From assembly GCA_964106645.2 (NCBI GenBank), contig OZ067040.1: DNA of 64,000 nucleotides. One strand, given 5' to 3'. The notes under the pieces were generated by a model. It had not been told where the DNA came from and ran no database searches. It worked only from the letters and a program-made list of their open reading frames with translations. The position numbers were made by a program, and so were the translations under genes. Position 1 is the stretch's first letter; each line of letters opens with the position of its first letter. Positions 1-11,581 of the stretch are shown in pieces. This DNA comes from Podarcis pityusensis. Its lineage: Eukaryota.

Positions 1-91
1 GTTGTTCCAGCGAATCGTTTATTTTCAATAATGCAGCCACTAAGGCCTCCTCTGTCGACATCCCGTCTGTTTTTTCCTTCCCGTTTGCCAT
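1..91 (-). CDS. Probable N-terminus of ORF1 of the L1-like element (partial)
   Basis: ATG at 91-89 is open to the window edge: MANGKEKTDGMSTEEALVAALLKINDSLEQ. It follows a ~940-bp 5'UTR. Confidence 0.45.
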   Translation of the reverse strand, partial: MANGKEKTDGMSTEEALVAALLKINDSLEQ

Positions 92-1030
92 AACACTTTA
101 GAGATTCAAGGTCAATTCCAAAGTCTCACACTTTTTTATCTTGCAGCTGGAAATTCCCCTAGCCCAGCTCCTATAAAGTAACCAATTTCAAAAGCTTCCA
201 CTAGGGGAAAACAGGTTGTATTTGTATCGGTCAGTATGTCCTCTTTTAAACACAGTTTCAATAATCCAAAGTTAGTTTCAATTTTCAGTTACTTTCCTCC
301 TTTTTTAAAAACAACCGGAGACAGTAGAAACAATGTATTCTCTTGATTAGCTACCTGTCAATGAACGTTCTAAACACTGTCAATGGACGTTCCAAAAAAC
401 ATCAATCCTGCTAGCAGCCCGTTTCCAGGGTCAGAGCGGCGGTATTTTAACTCTCTTAACTCTCTCCTACAGGCATATTCAGTCCACCACTTCCCCCCCT
501 TTTCTCCTGCCTCCAAAAAGGGGGGATTTAGTTCTTTACCGATGGAAATTTAGTCCTTTACAAAAGGCTTTCCAAGACTTTAGCTTGCAGTCTCCTTGCT
601 TCAATTAATCTACAAAAGAGGGAGGCGGACTTCCTGTATTGAACCTCCCCGTTTTGATGCCAGATTAAACATTTAAAAATCCAATTCTTCCCAATTCAGC
701 TCTACTCACGGGTAATTACTTTAGAGTCAAATTGTCCACAGGAAAGAGTCAGTGCTCTCCGACAACAGCTATGCGGCTTCGCTCCGTGGAAGAAGCAGAC
801 GATTCGAAGCACTGCGCCACTCACCCCACATCGCTCCGGATCCCCGAAACCGGGTTTCCCCGCGAGTAGGGGAGGCGCAAAAGGTGCCTGCCGAATCCCA
901 CGTTCACAGGCTTCTCCCGCCTGTGATTTTTACGGGTCTCCGCCTTCGCTGTGAGACCCAAAGTCCCACGGGGCAAATTCCTCCCGATCAGAGGAATTCC
1001 GCCATTGCCGGAGGCACCAACCCGGAAGTC
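1..1030 (-). mobile_element. 5' end (long 5'UTR plus start of ORF) of an L1-clade retroelement running off the left edge
   Basis: About 195-1030 is colinear and similar to 3310-4177 of the TSD-flanked element. Both begin GACTTCCGG on the minus strand. CpG-rich 5' end. Confidence 0.75.
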
Positions 1031-1978
1031 TCTGCACAATACTAATCTCACTGCCCTCCAGCTAATTAATAATAATAGCAAAATTGGTGGGATATCAAAA
1101 ATAGCCCATAGTGACTGTATTCCATTATTCTGGAGAACACACATGCCAATTTTGACCTAAGTCTAAATTAAAAGCAGAGATATCAGTCTTGGAGTAGCCA
1201 ATCTTCTACATAATATAGCTGAAAGATGCACAAATTCAGCCCAGTAGAGATTCTGGATCATGTCATTTTTAGATAACTGGATACATATTCAACTTTCATT
1301 GTTTGTGAGAAGAAAGAGTGATGGCTTTGGTCCAAATATTGTCATGCGCTACAGGCTGCCATGTGCAACAATTGGCCCAAGAGAATGCATAGTGGATAAT
1401 TACAACTGAGAGAGGAATGATTTCTAAGCTTTGGCAGCTTCCAATTGGCTGCAGGAGCTTTCTGCGGCCAATCAGAAGCCGCGCTTTGGTTTCCAAACTT
1501 TCTGGAAGTCGAAACGGATTCCGTTCAACTTCCAATATACAACTGTACCTTTAATAAGGTACATGCTTTATAGCAGTTCGTGAAATAAAGGCTATATGTT
1601 TGAATATCATAAATATTTAAAAGCTTCCTGTGAAGTGATTTAAGACTTACTGTCTCAAGAAATAAGTGTTGTTGTCAGTTAATTCTCTCTCTCTCTAACA
1701 CACATACATATACAAGCATTTATAGAAAACTATTGTCCAAATTACCTTACTGATCCAATAAGAGTGCAATATGTGAAAGAAAATGCTGGGATTTGCACTG
1801 GGATGACAGAGACAGTTTCTAATCTCTGCTTTGCCATGGAATTCACTAAGGACAGGCACATTAATGTATTTCATTTGATTTTCACTCCATAGGATTCATG
1901 TGCAATTTGTAGCATTTATGCAGTAACACTGTCAACTGCATTGTTTTTGAGGTGAGTGAGGTTCTGCCTACTGTTCTT

Positions 1979-4177
1979 TTTTTTTTAATGATATTTATTA
2001 AGAGTTTTAAAGTTACAGAAAAAACAGAGAAGAAAAAGAAAGAGAAAAAACAAAAGAAAGACAAACCACAATCCAGCAATACAAATTGATAAAAATCAAA
2101 ATCAAAAAATAAGAACAAAGCACGTAACAGAACAGAATCAAAAAACAAAAATAAGCCACAAAAATTTAAAAACAAATCCAATATTCTCATATCCTTGACT
2201 GTCATTACCTTCTTTTTTTGACCTCCTCACTCCTCCCTTTTTTTTGTATCCTAGTTATTAATAGTCACAGCAAATCCTTTCCATTTTTCATAATATTCTG
2301 TCATTACATTACCTTAATCTGTTTTAACCTTATCTTACTATAAAAGACCTTAAGACTTAAAACTTAGATCTTATTTACACCAATTTCTCATAACCATAAC
2401 ATATTCTTACATAATTCTTTTAACATTTTTGCTAAAGCCAAATAATTTCGTTCCAACATTTTTCTAACATTCATCAATTTTATAAAACAATCCTAATAAA
2501 AAAAATTTCTTCCAATCTTCATCCAGCGTCTCTTCCTCCTGGTCCCGGGTTTTGTCAGTCCTTTCTATCCCATCAATCTAGTTCATTAACCTGGTAATCT
2601 TATGTCCAAGGCCCTTAAATCTCTTCCATGTCCCTTCCGCAGCTCTTCTTCATATTTATACCTGTACTTTACTTTATCTCCTGCTCCTTTCACTCGTGGA
2701 AACTCCAACTTAACAGTGTTTTTGACCCTTCTCGACAAATCAGCCCCTTTTCCATAGTCCACACTAGACTCCATGTGGTATTTAAAAACATGTTTCAAGA
2801 TCCCTCCAGAATTAAGAGCCCCCACAACCCCAAACATCTCACGGCCCATTGCCAGACTTGGAGAGTCAAAACATCCCTGCATGGGGGGGGGGTCTATCCA
2901 ACCCCCCATTTCCAAACCAAACAAAACTCTATCTCTCCAAGCCTGGCTTTTTCCAAGTTCATTTGTCAAATCCAACAACTCATGTTCCTGCTGGGCCACA
3001 GCTCCCTCCATCTCTGGCGCCCGAGGTTCAACAACATCCTCTTCCCTCATCTGATCTGTCAGAGCACACTCCTGATTTAATTCCTGGATGGGCTCTATAT
3101 AGTTACCCACTACCTGTCCGAAATTTCCATTCGCTGCAGTCATCAAGTCCGTCTTCTCATGTAGCTGTTCCAGTAGGGCACTTGTTTTGCAGAAGACACA
3201 CATCAGAGCTTCTGAATACATTGTTCTGCAAGGTCAGATGACTATTCCCACGATCGTAATCTGCTGCAGCTGCAGAGCTTCCCGATTCAGATTTAGTAAC
3301 AGTTTCACAGGCTCCCTCTAGGGGAAGAACTTCTATTTGTTCTTTTCTTTTAAAAGCAGATCTAACAACAAAGTTTCCTTTTTCAGATATTTTGTCAATA
3401 TTTGTTCCTTTAAAATGCGAAGGAGAACAATGGAATCACTATGTTTCTCTTCTTTTAACTATCTGTCAAAAACGTTTGTCTCTGGTCAATGAGCTTCCCA
3501 AAGAACGTCAGTCCTGACACCCGCTCCCAGGATCAAGACGGTGGAAAATTACTTTGCTTTACACTCTTTCTGCAGGTTTAAACAGTCCGGGGAAAAAATC
3601 CCCCCTCTTCTCCTGCTTCCGAAGGGGGTTCAACAATTTTAAATGATGAAAGTTAATCCTTTACAAGCGATTTTCTGAACTCTAGTTTGCCATGTCTTTG
3701 CTTTAATCTATCTACAAGAAACAGAAGGCTGACTTCCTGTTTAGACCTTCCCGTTTCAGTGCCAAATTGAGATGAATTTCTTAGTCCAATTTTCCTTTCT
3801 ACTCGCAGGTCATTATTCAAAGTCCAATTGTCCGAAATTAAAGTACTCACGGGTAATTGTTTTAAAAGCCAAATTGTCCCAGGAAAAAGGCAGTGCTCTC
3901 CGGCAACGGCTGTGTGGCTTCGCTCCATGGAAGAAGCAGTTGACTCTCAGCACCGTGCCACTTCCCCCTCTTCGCTCCGGAGCCCGTGAATGGGTTCCTT
4001 ACTGGGTTGGGGGGGCGCTAAAGGTGCCCGCCGAGTCCCATGGTCACAGGCTTCATCCGCCTGTGATTTTTGAAAGGGTCCCCGCTTCGCCGTAGTGGGA
4101 AAGACCCGTTTTCCGTGGAGCTGGTCCCTCCAGATCAGAGGGAGTCCGCCATTACCGCTGGCGCCACCCCGGAAGTC
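1979..4177 (-). mobile_element. Complete 2.2-kb non-autonomous L1-derived retroelement (HAL1-like)
   Basis: TSD TGCCTACTGTTCTT at 1965-1978 and 4178-4191; poly(A) tail at 1979-1986; AATAAA at 1999-1994; L1-type 5'UTR; ORF2 C-terminal vestige at 2464-2577; no EN/RT. Confidence 0.85.
2586..3221 (-). CDS. 211-aa ORF of the 2.2-kb element, possibly a diverged L1 ORF1p derivative
   Basis: Uninterrupted ORF in the element's sense orientation, between the 5'UTR and the ORF2 vestige. Acidic, heptad-like N-half and basic C-half. Confidence 0.55.
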   Translation of the reverse strand: MYSEALMCVFCKTSALLEQLHEKTDLMTAANGNFGQVVGNYIEPIQELNQECALTDQMREEDVVEPRAPEMEGAVAQQEHELLDLTNELGKSQAWRDRVLFGLEMGGWIDPPPMQGCFDSPSLAMGREMFGVVGALNSGGILKHVFKYHMESSVDYGKGADLSRRVKNTVKLEFPRVKGAGDKVKYRYKYEEELRKGHGRDLRALDIRLPG

Positions 4178-4237
4178 TGCCTACTGTTCTTGGATCTCTC
4201 ATGGCTAAGTCACACATTTAGCTGGATGTTGCAGTTA

Positions 4238-4723
4238 CAGTGGTACCTCGGTTTTCGAATGCACAGTGGTACCTTGGGTTAAGAACTTAATTCGTTCTGG
4301 AGGTCCGTTCTTAACCTGAAACTGTTCTTAACCTGAGGTACCACTTTAGCTAATGGGGCCTCCCGCTGCCACCAGGCCGCCACCGCACAATTTCTGTTCT
4401 CATCCTGAAGAAAAGTTCTTAACCTGAGGTACTATTTCTGGGTTAGCGGAGTCTGTAACCTGAAGCATCTATAACTTGAAGCATCTGTAACCCAAGGTAC
4501 CACTGTAATCCTTTCCGGAAGACCGTTCAAGTTCTGAAACGTTTGAAAACTGAAAACTCAACAGCCGACACTTAGGCCTCAGGATCTTGCACTCAACAGA
4601 AGCTGCGTGCCATGTTTGACTTCTGAGGCGTGTTTGAAAACCACAGTATTTACTTCCGGGTTTACAGCGTTCGAAAACTGAAATGTTCGTCAACGGTGAC
4701 ATTCAAAAACCGAGGTACCACTG
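4238..4723. mobile_element. Tc1/mariner-type MITE (outer element of a nest)
   Basis: TIR CAGTGGTACCTCGGTTTT...AAAACCGAGGTACCACTG with TA on both flanks. Confidence 0.85.
4264..4505. mobile_element. Tc1/mariner-type MITE nested in the previous one
   Basis: TIR CAGTGGTACCTTGGGTTA...TAACCCAAGGTACCACTG. A sister copy lies at 42762-42973. Confidence 0.85.
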
Positions 4724-7700
4724 TATATGAAAACACATGCATGAGCTAGCCTTTGGAAGGGGCCATAGCTCAATGGTAGACTGTAGGCTTTGTAGGCAGA
4801 AAGACCATGGATCAACCCCTGGTATATATCAGTTAAAATGATAATGTGATGGGAAAAACTCTGGAGAGCTACAGTCAGGCAGCAAATGTGTCAGCTTGTC
4901 TGACCTGGTTTATAGCAGCTACCTATGTTTCAGTGACCTTGGTGATGTTGCTAACACTTTATGCTAACTTTCTCATGGAGTTGTTGCGAGGTTATAAACC
5001 TTGGATGCTTCTGACTGAGTGAAAAAAAAAAGGGGGGGGAACGATCCAAGTAATAAAATTATGCCTTTCCCCACAGAAACCTCTGGAATGTTTTCTCCTC
5101 ATTACAAATTATAATCTATTGTTCCAACTAGCAATATAGTTCAGGGTTGCTCTACATATCATGATTTTCTGCATCAGATCAAGTTCTTCTTGGATGCAAG
5201 CCACCTCCCACTGAGCTCACTGGCAAAAATCCCACTGTTTCTGGATCGTATTCCTTGTGTCAAAATTCCATACATTTCTCAAGTGTAGCAACTTTTAATA
5301 GCAATAGAAATAATAAAGATAATAAGATCTCATCGCTGTTTAAAATGTTCTAAACACGTAAGGCAAGCCCAGGAAAAAAAAAAGTTGAACTCTGTCATAA
5401 CTGTCAAGGGAAAAGAACACATACTGCATGTATTATCAGGTTTACTCGACATACGGGAACAATACCAGTTATAGAACTACATTTGCATGCAGATGCAAAT
5501 ATCTGCATATGTTATCTGCCTGGATATGAGCTTTAAATATTATAGACCTCAGAGGAAATAAGCCATAGAAATGTACTCAGATATCATCCCTGAAAATCAT
5601 CCAATTACTTGGAACAACATTCCTTGTATATATAAAGATATTTTTGATTTGAAAAGAGTTCCAGTGAATATGCAAACACTTTGCAGAAAGGTATTCATCC
5701 TTAGGATGGGAGCAACAGGCAAAACACCATTGCTATACATCTCAATTTATTTTAGTGGGGCAATGGAAGAGTTTTGCACAGAAAAAGAACAGCAGATGTT
5801 CTTAGCCACTTCTGCCCCATCACTGACCTTGCTTGTATGTCATTATAAACCATAGCTAAAAGTTTACTGTGAACATGCCAATCTTAGCTGCTTTGCTTTT
5901 CCTGCTATTGCATGGGGGGAACACAAGCCATGATCCCTAACTCAGTGTTATGTCCAATATGGGAATCATGTTTTGTTTTTCTCCCAACAACCATGATCTG
6001 TAGGCCAAGGTTTATTCCAGGCTTACTGATTGTGACTTCTTTTGAAATAAACCACAGTCTCCAAGTTGGATGTAACATCACCCTGGGGTTATGGTTTGTT
6101 TTCCCTACTCTCAAGAGGAGAGAAATAAAATTGCCTAGATTGGAGCGCTCCTAGTAAACCATCAACTATGATGCACTGGGTCACTGTAATAGTCCCTGTT
6201 TAATGCTGAACAAGAAGTATTTTTCTTAAAGAACTATGCATAACAGGTCCTTTAGCTACTTTCTCACTGGCCTCTCCCTATCCTCCTTACCTAGATATTG
6301 GAGGCATCCTTAAAGGTATAGTCACGTTTATCCTCACAGCCGCTGCTATGATCTGTTTAAGTCCAAGAAAGTGAACCTGCTTGCAGGTCAACAGGATACA
6401 GGAATAGAAACTAATGGGTAATTAATATAAGTGTTGCAGGACCTGAGCTACTTAGAACAAACCTTTGCAAGAATATAGAACTCCTTAAGATTTCAGCTCT
6501 AAATATGAGAGAAATTAATTCATTGGCAAATGGCAGTGGAGCATTGCCGTTGCAGAACATCATTGTGCACTGGTTTACAAATTAAAGAATTAGTGGTATG
6601 TGAGATCTGGTCAGAGATATCAAATAAGAAAATGGGAAAATCCAAATGAAAGTATTTGGGTACCTGAAGATGGACTAGGCAACAGAAGTGGCGTGAACAC
6701 AAGAAATGCTGGATTTAGGAACAGAAATGGCAAGTTTGTGATATTTCAAAAGCTGGAGGGCACTGGGTAGAGCAACAAGAAATTGCACACTTACTGCCCA
6801 AGATTGTAAATCTTAAGAACAGCCTGTACATGTATAAAAGAACATTCATTTCTCATAATCCATGGAGGATATAGCACTGCAACAATCTGTTATGGTGATG
6901 TTGCAGACAATGAAAGAGCTGTTCCACAAGCTGTTACTTTAAGTTATACACCAAGGAGTATTAATACAGTGAATCTCATTCAAGGAGCTGAAAACCTGTG
7001 ACAAAGGCAGGTAAGCCTTTCATTGTGATTACGCTTAGCAGATGGAAAACATTGCATGAACCATCTGGGGTCATGCAGTGCTGCTGGGTTTTGCTGTTGT
7101 ACAATCATTTTGGTCCTGTGTCAAGGCTGAAAGACAACAGAAGATGAAATGCACAATAAAAAGCAAGTAAATGACAAAGAAGCGAGTAAAACAGTAGGCA
7201 GGTGTCCAATGCAGTTGAAAGGTAATTGCCTCCAGAGCCTGTCCCAGCCCTACCTAGAGATATTGGGGATATATTCACAGGCAAGATATGTGTTCTGCCA
7301 CCAGTGAGCCTTTCCCTATACTGTATTTATGCAAAAAATGGATTTGGAGGTCCACCATCATTTTGCCTCCCTGACCTCCTTTGGAAGGAAGCGCAGGATA
7401 TAAATGTAACAATAAATTAATTAAATAAACAAATCATTTTAATTGTATTTACTTCTTTAACCATCCTCCACAATATTAACCCAGGGTAGTCTACAAGGCA
7501 AATGAAAGCAACAACATAGACTCAACCCATGAAGACCAAGAAACAAGTGAAACAATTAAATATCAATTAAAACAACAGTGATTCTAGATTTCCACTGTTT
7601 CATAGACAGCACTGTTCCAATACTTTATACATACAAACCCAAGAATAACCCAATGCCTATGATGCACCTAGTTCCATATCTGGGGCACTACAAATGAGAA

Positions 7701-7976
7701 AGCATACTAATTTTGGACTTTCTGTTCATACCATAGTCAAGAGAAGGGCTTAGTGTAACCTTCAGCAAATCTGTCAATGGCTTTTTACCATGATGGCTAG
7801 TTGAAAATAGAGAGTGCCAAATATGTCAGTTTTGGTTTTTCTCAGTTTCTCATTTCTCATAAGTTGAGTTCTCTACTTTTCTGAATCAGTTTCTTTATAC
7901 AAACATACACATATATTCAGCAACATTTTAATGCAAATTTCTCCTAATATACAAATTTTTGTATGTAATTTCACCA

Positions 7977-8205
7977 GGTGTAGTGGTTAAGAGCGGTAGT
8001 CTCGTAATCTGGTGAACTGGGTTTGCTTCCCCGCTCCTCCACATGCAGCTGCTGGGTGACCTTGGGCTAGTCACACTTCTCTGAAGTCTCTCAGCCCCAC
8101 TCACCTCACAGAGTGTTTGTTGTGGGGGAGGAAGGGAAAGGAGAATGTTAGCCGCTTTGAGACTCCTTAGGGTAGTGATAAAGCAGGATATCAAATCCAA
8201 ACTCT
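7977..8205 (+). mobile_element. tRNA-derived SINE, copy 1 of 3 of a young family
   Basis: A-box GGTGTAGTGG, B-box-like GGTTTGCTTCC; highly similar to 31386-31625 and 39093-39345. Confidence 0.85.
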
Positions 8206-8940
8206 AATATGCACATTTTTGCAAAGCTATTCCCTCAAATGGAATGCACTTTTGGATGCTATTTGCACTAATATCCATATTTATATGCATTTTTAATGCA
8301 CACTTTACCCTAGTATGTGGATTCCGGGAGAGCAGCAATTGGGAGATGCACTCTGATAAAAGAAAGAGTGATTTAACCAAGTGAAAGCAAATTGGGCATG
8401 CTGATAGTATAATAAGGCAATTCAAATATTTATTGGTGGATAATTTTTCATCATTCACACCCTGTGTTATTGACTACTTCCTCTGTCGGTGCTGACAGAG
8501 CTCATTGTTTATGGCTTGCAGTGTAACACAAGGTTTTGGTTGAGGCTGCAGGATGTTCGAAAAACCCTCATGCTGTTTCAGCAGCCAACCTGAAGTTGCA
8601 GTGCTTGATTCGGCTAGGAAGGAAGGGGCTTGGCTCAGACCTTGAGATTAGCTAGAACAGATTCTAGGTCTTAAAGCAGTTCAGGATGTCAAATTGAGAT
8701 CGACCAGATAAAGCTGGATTTGCATTCTGCAAATTTGGAAACAAATTCTTTTTGGCATTTTCCAGCAACAATGTGGGCCAAGAGGGGAAGTGCATTTTCC
8801 ACTTGTCTTCTCTCTCGCTTCCTTCTGGACACACAATGACTATCCTAGAGGCCATTCACAGAAGTGGCTATTGATGCTAGAATGTGAACATTTATCCTGC
8901 ATTGTGACTTTTAAAAAGTGGCAGCACTGTACTAGATATA

Positions 8941-9199
8941 CCGTATTTTTTGCTCTATAAGACTCACTTTTTCCCTCCTAAAAAGTAAGGGGAAATGTGT
9001 GTGCGTCTTATGGAGCGAATGCACGCTGCGCAGCTATCCCAGAAGCCAGAACAGCAAGAGGGATTGCTGCTTTCACTGCGCAGCGATCCCTCTTGCTGTT
9101 CTGGCTTCTGGGATTCAGAATATTTTTTTTCTTGTTTTTCTCCTCCAAAAACTAAGTGCGTCTTATTGTCTGGTGCGTCTTATAGAGCGAAAAATACGG
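8941..9199. mobile_element. Tc1/mariner (Tigger-like) MITE
   Basis: TIR CCGTATTTTTTGCTCTATAAGAC...GTCTTATAGAGCGAAAAATACGG, TA flanks, internal inverted repeat. Confidence 0.85.
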
Positions 9200-11581
9200 T
9201 AATACACAGCAAAGCACAGGTCATGTCAGTCTTGTCAGATCTCTTAGTGAGAGCCAGATGCAAAAGACATACAGATAGAGCTAAAGAAGAGGGTGCCTCT
9301 GAGCACATTTGTTTTTAGTACCAGAACTGAACTCAGCTTATTCAGTCCTTTCACACAAAACCCCCCTTCCTGGTTTGCTGTCTTCATTTCAACAGTCTAT
9401 TTTAGTTGTTTCCCCCTGTCAACCTTTATTAAGTTAAAATGAATACATCCATACAGTATTTGCCATTACAAGCTTACAACATAAGAAAGAAAAGAAAAAT
9501 GCAAAATAAGGACAAGTGTATAAAAATCAAGGAAAAAAGAAGAGAAAAAATATGCGTAATTATGAGATTCCTCAACACTGAGTATTTTGTTAATACAATG
9601 ATTATTCACACAATTAGAAATAAAAAGTGCTGCAAACATTTAAAAAGACTTCCAAGTATTCTCATTGTACTTTATCTGTTATGTACATTATACTGCACAG
9701 TTACCTGTTTCTTGTGATTTTTCGTTATACCTCAGTTACCTTTTATGAATTTCAAGGATTAGTCTAATTCTGCCAGGAGATTTCTGTTTACAGCATAATT
9801 TTTTAGGTATTCTTTATACAGTATATTCTCTATGAAAAGAGTGAACTCCTTACCCACCCATCTAATGAATTATCAGATTCCTTCTCCATGGGCCCCACCT
9901 GCTAAACTGCTTACAGGTATCAGTATAATAATACAATGATAGGTGATGGAAAACAGACAGACTTCAAGAGAACTTCTGCAGAATAAGCTATTTATGGACT
10001 TCAGTGTTCACATGTGCTATTTTTTTTTGTTTTTCCACTGCTTCTCAGTAACTTTTTGATATTACATGAATGATGGCTAACTTTGATCTTCCTCTTCAGC
10101 AAAATGCAGCCATCTGTCCCAGAGCTGTTTTAAGAAAAATAGCATTCACTTCCATTATTTGGCAGTGTTTCAAAAATAATAATAATAAAATTCCAGTATT
10201 CTGCTACAGCTAATGTTACCTTGGGGCATTTTTGGCATGCTTCTGATGTAAATGCATTGTACATGTGGCCAGGAAGAACAACATCGTGTTGCATCATGTA
10301 AAAAGAAAACACTGTTTCTTCCCTGATCGCTCATTTCCAATCTATATAAGCAGATGGCTGAACAAAGAAAAAAGACCTGTCTTGGAACAAAATAATTAAA
10401 CCCACAAAACAATGGCATGCATGAGGCCCAACTTAAAAGCACAAGGTCAAATCATTCTACGTTTCCCCTTTTTAAAAATTAAACTCTATTTATTATATTT
10501 AACTCTTAGAAACCTGACAATATTTTCCTTTTCTTGGTTGACCCCAAGTTTTATTTGCGATATATAGTTGTGTTTTCGTCTAGTATTTAGAAGATGTCCT
10601 TAAATGTCATTTGTATTTTTATTCTTGTTCTGTAAACTGCATACAGATTTTAACTAAGCTGCACGGAAACTGTATAACTTAGCTAAAAAAGAAGAAGAAA
10701 GAAATAAGAGGCTAGCCTGGCATGTAACAGCAGCACCTCTTCCTACTTGGGGGAGTGTCGCCTTATTTATTTATTTCACAAAATTTATACACCACTTACT
10801 AGAACAAAAGGCTTCTTCTCAGTTTCCAGTAGACAGTCTAAAATAATCAAAAACATGTTACATAACGTTTTGAAAATATCAAATAAAATCAGTAATATCA
10901 TGTGCTAAAATTACAGGCCTGGGTAGTCTTGCTGGAACAAAAAGGTTCTTAGCAGGCGCCGAAAACAATACAGCGAAGGTTTTCTCCATAATCCAGTTAG
11001 AACTGGCTAGGGTGTGTTAGTCTGTATGCCTAGTGAGCACAAGCTGTGTGGTTTTGTTGGTGTCTGTTGTTCTTGCATGAAGAAAATTGAATAAAGAACA
11101 TTAACCGTTACTCCTGCTGTTTCTTGGCTTGGAGGAGGCTAGCTGGAAGGTCATCTCACAACAGAGAGCACTCTCCTCCATGCCCAGTGGCGAAGGATAC
11201 ACGGGCCTGAGGATTGCTCCTGGGGTCTGGCAGAAAACACCTGTGGCAAAGCTCTGTGCTTTTCTCCATTCCTGTCCTGACATGGCTGGGAGCCCCTAAC
11301 AAGAAAGCTTTTGTGGTCTTTCCTCCTGACCAAGAGGGCCCAAGGGTTTGCTTGGGTGGCTGGAGACAGTCAAGAGGAGCCTGGGAGTACATGAGGCCTA
11401 TCACTTCACTTACACTATCGCAACCTCATACCTTCCAAGCACCCTGGGGGAGAAAGGGACATCCCATTATTATTTTTTGCACAAGATCTTGGCAGCCTTG
11501 GTAATCTGCACTGGGGAAGGTGAACATAGGAAGTTGACTTATAGCTAGTCAGACCATTGATCCATGATGATCAGCATTGTC

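Noticed and set aside
9425-9900. Possible old L1-type 3' end on the minus strand
   Set aside because: AT-rich, with no clear TSD or diagnostic protein motif; cannot be assigned.
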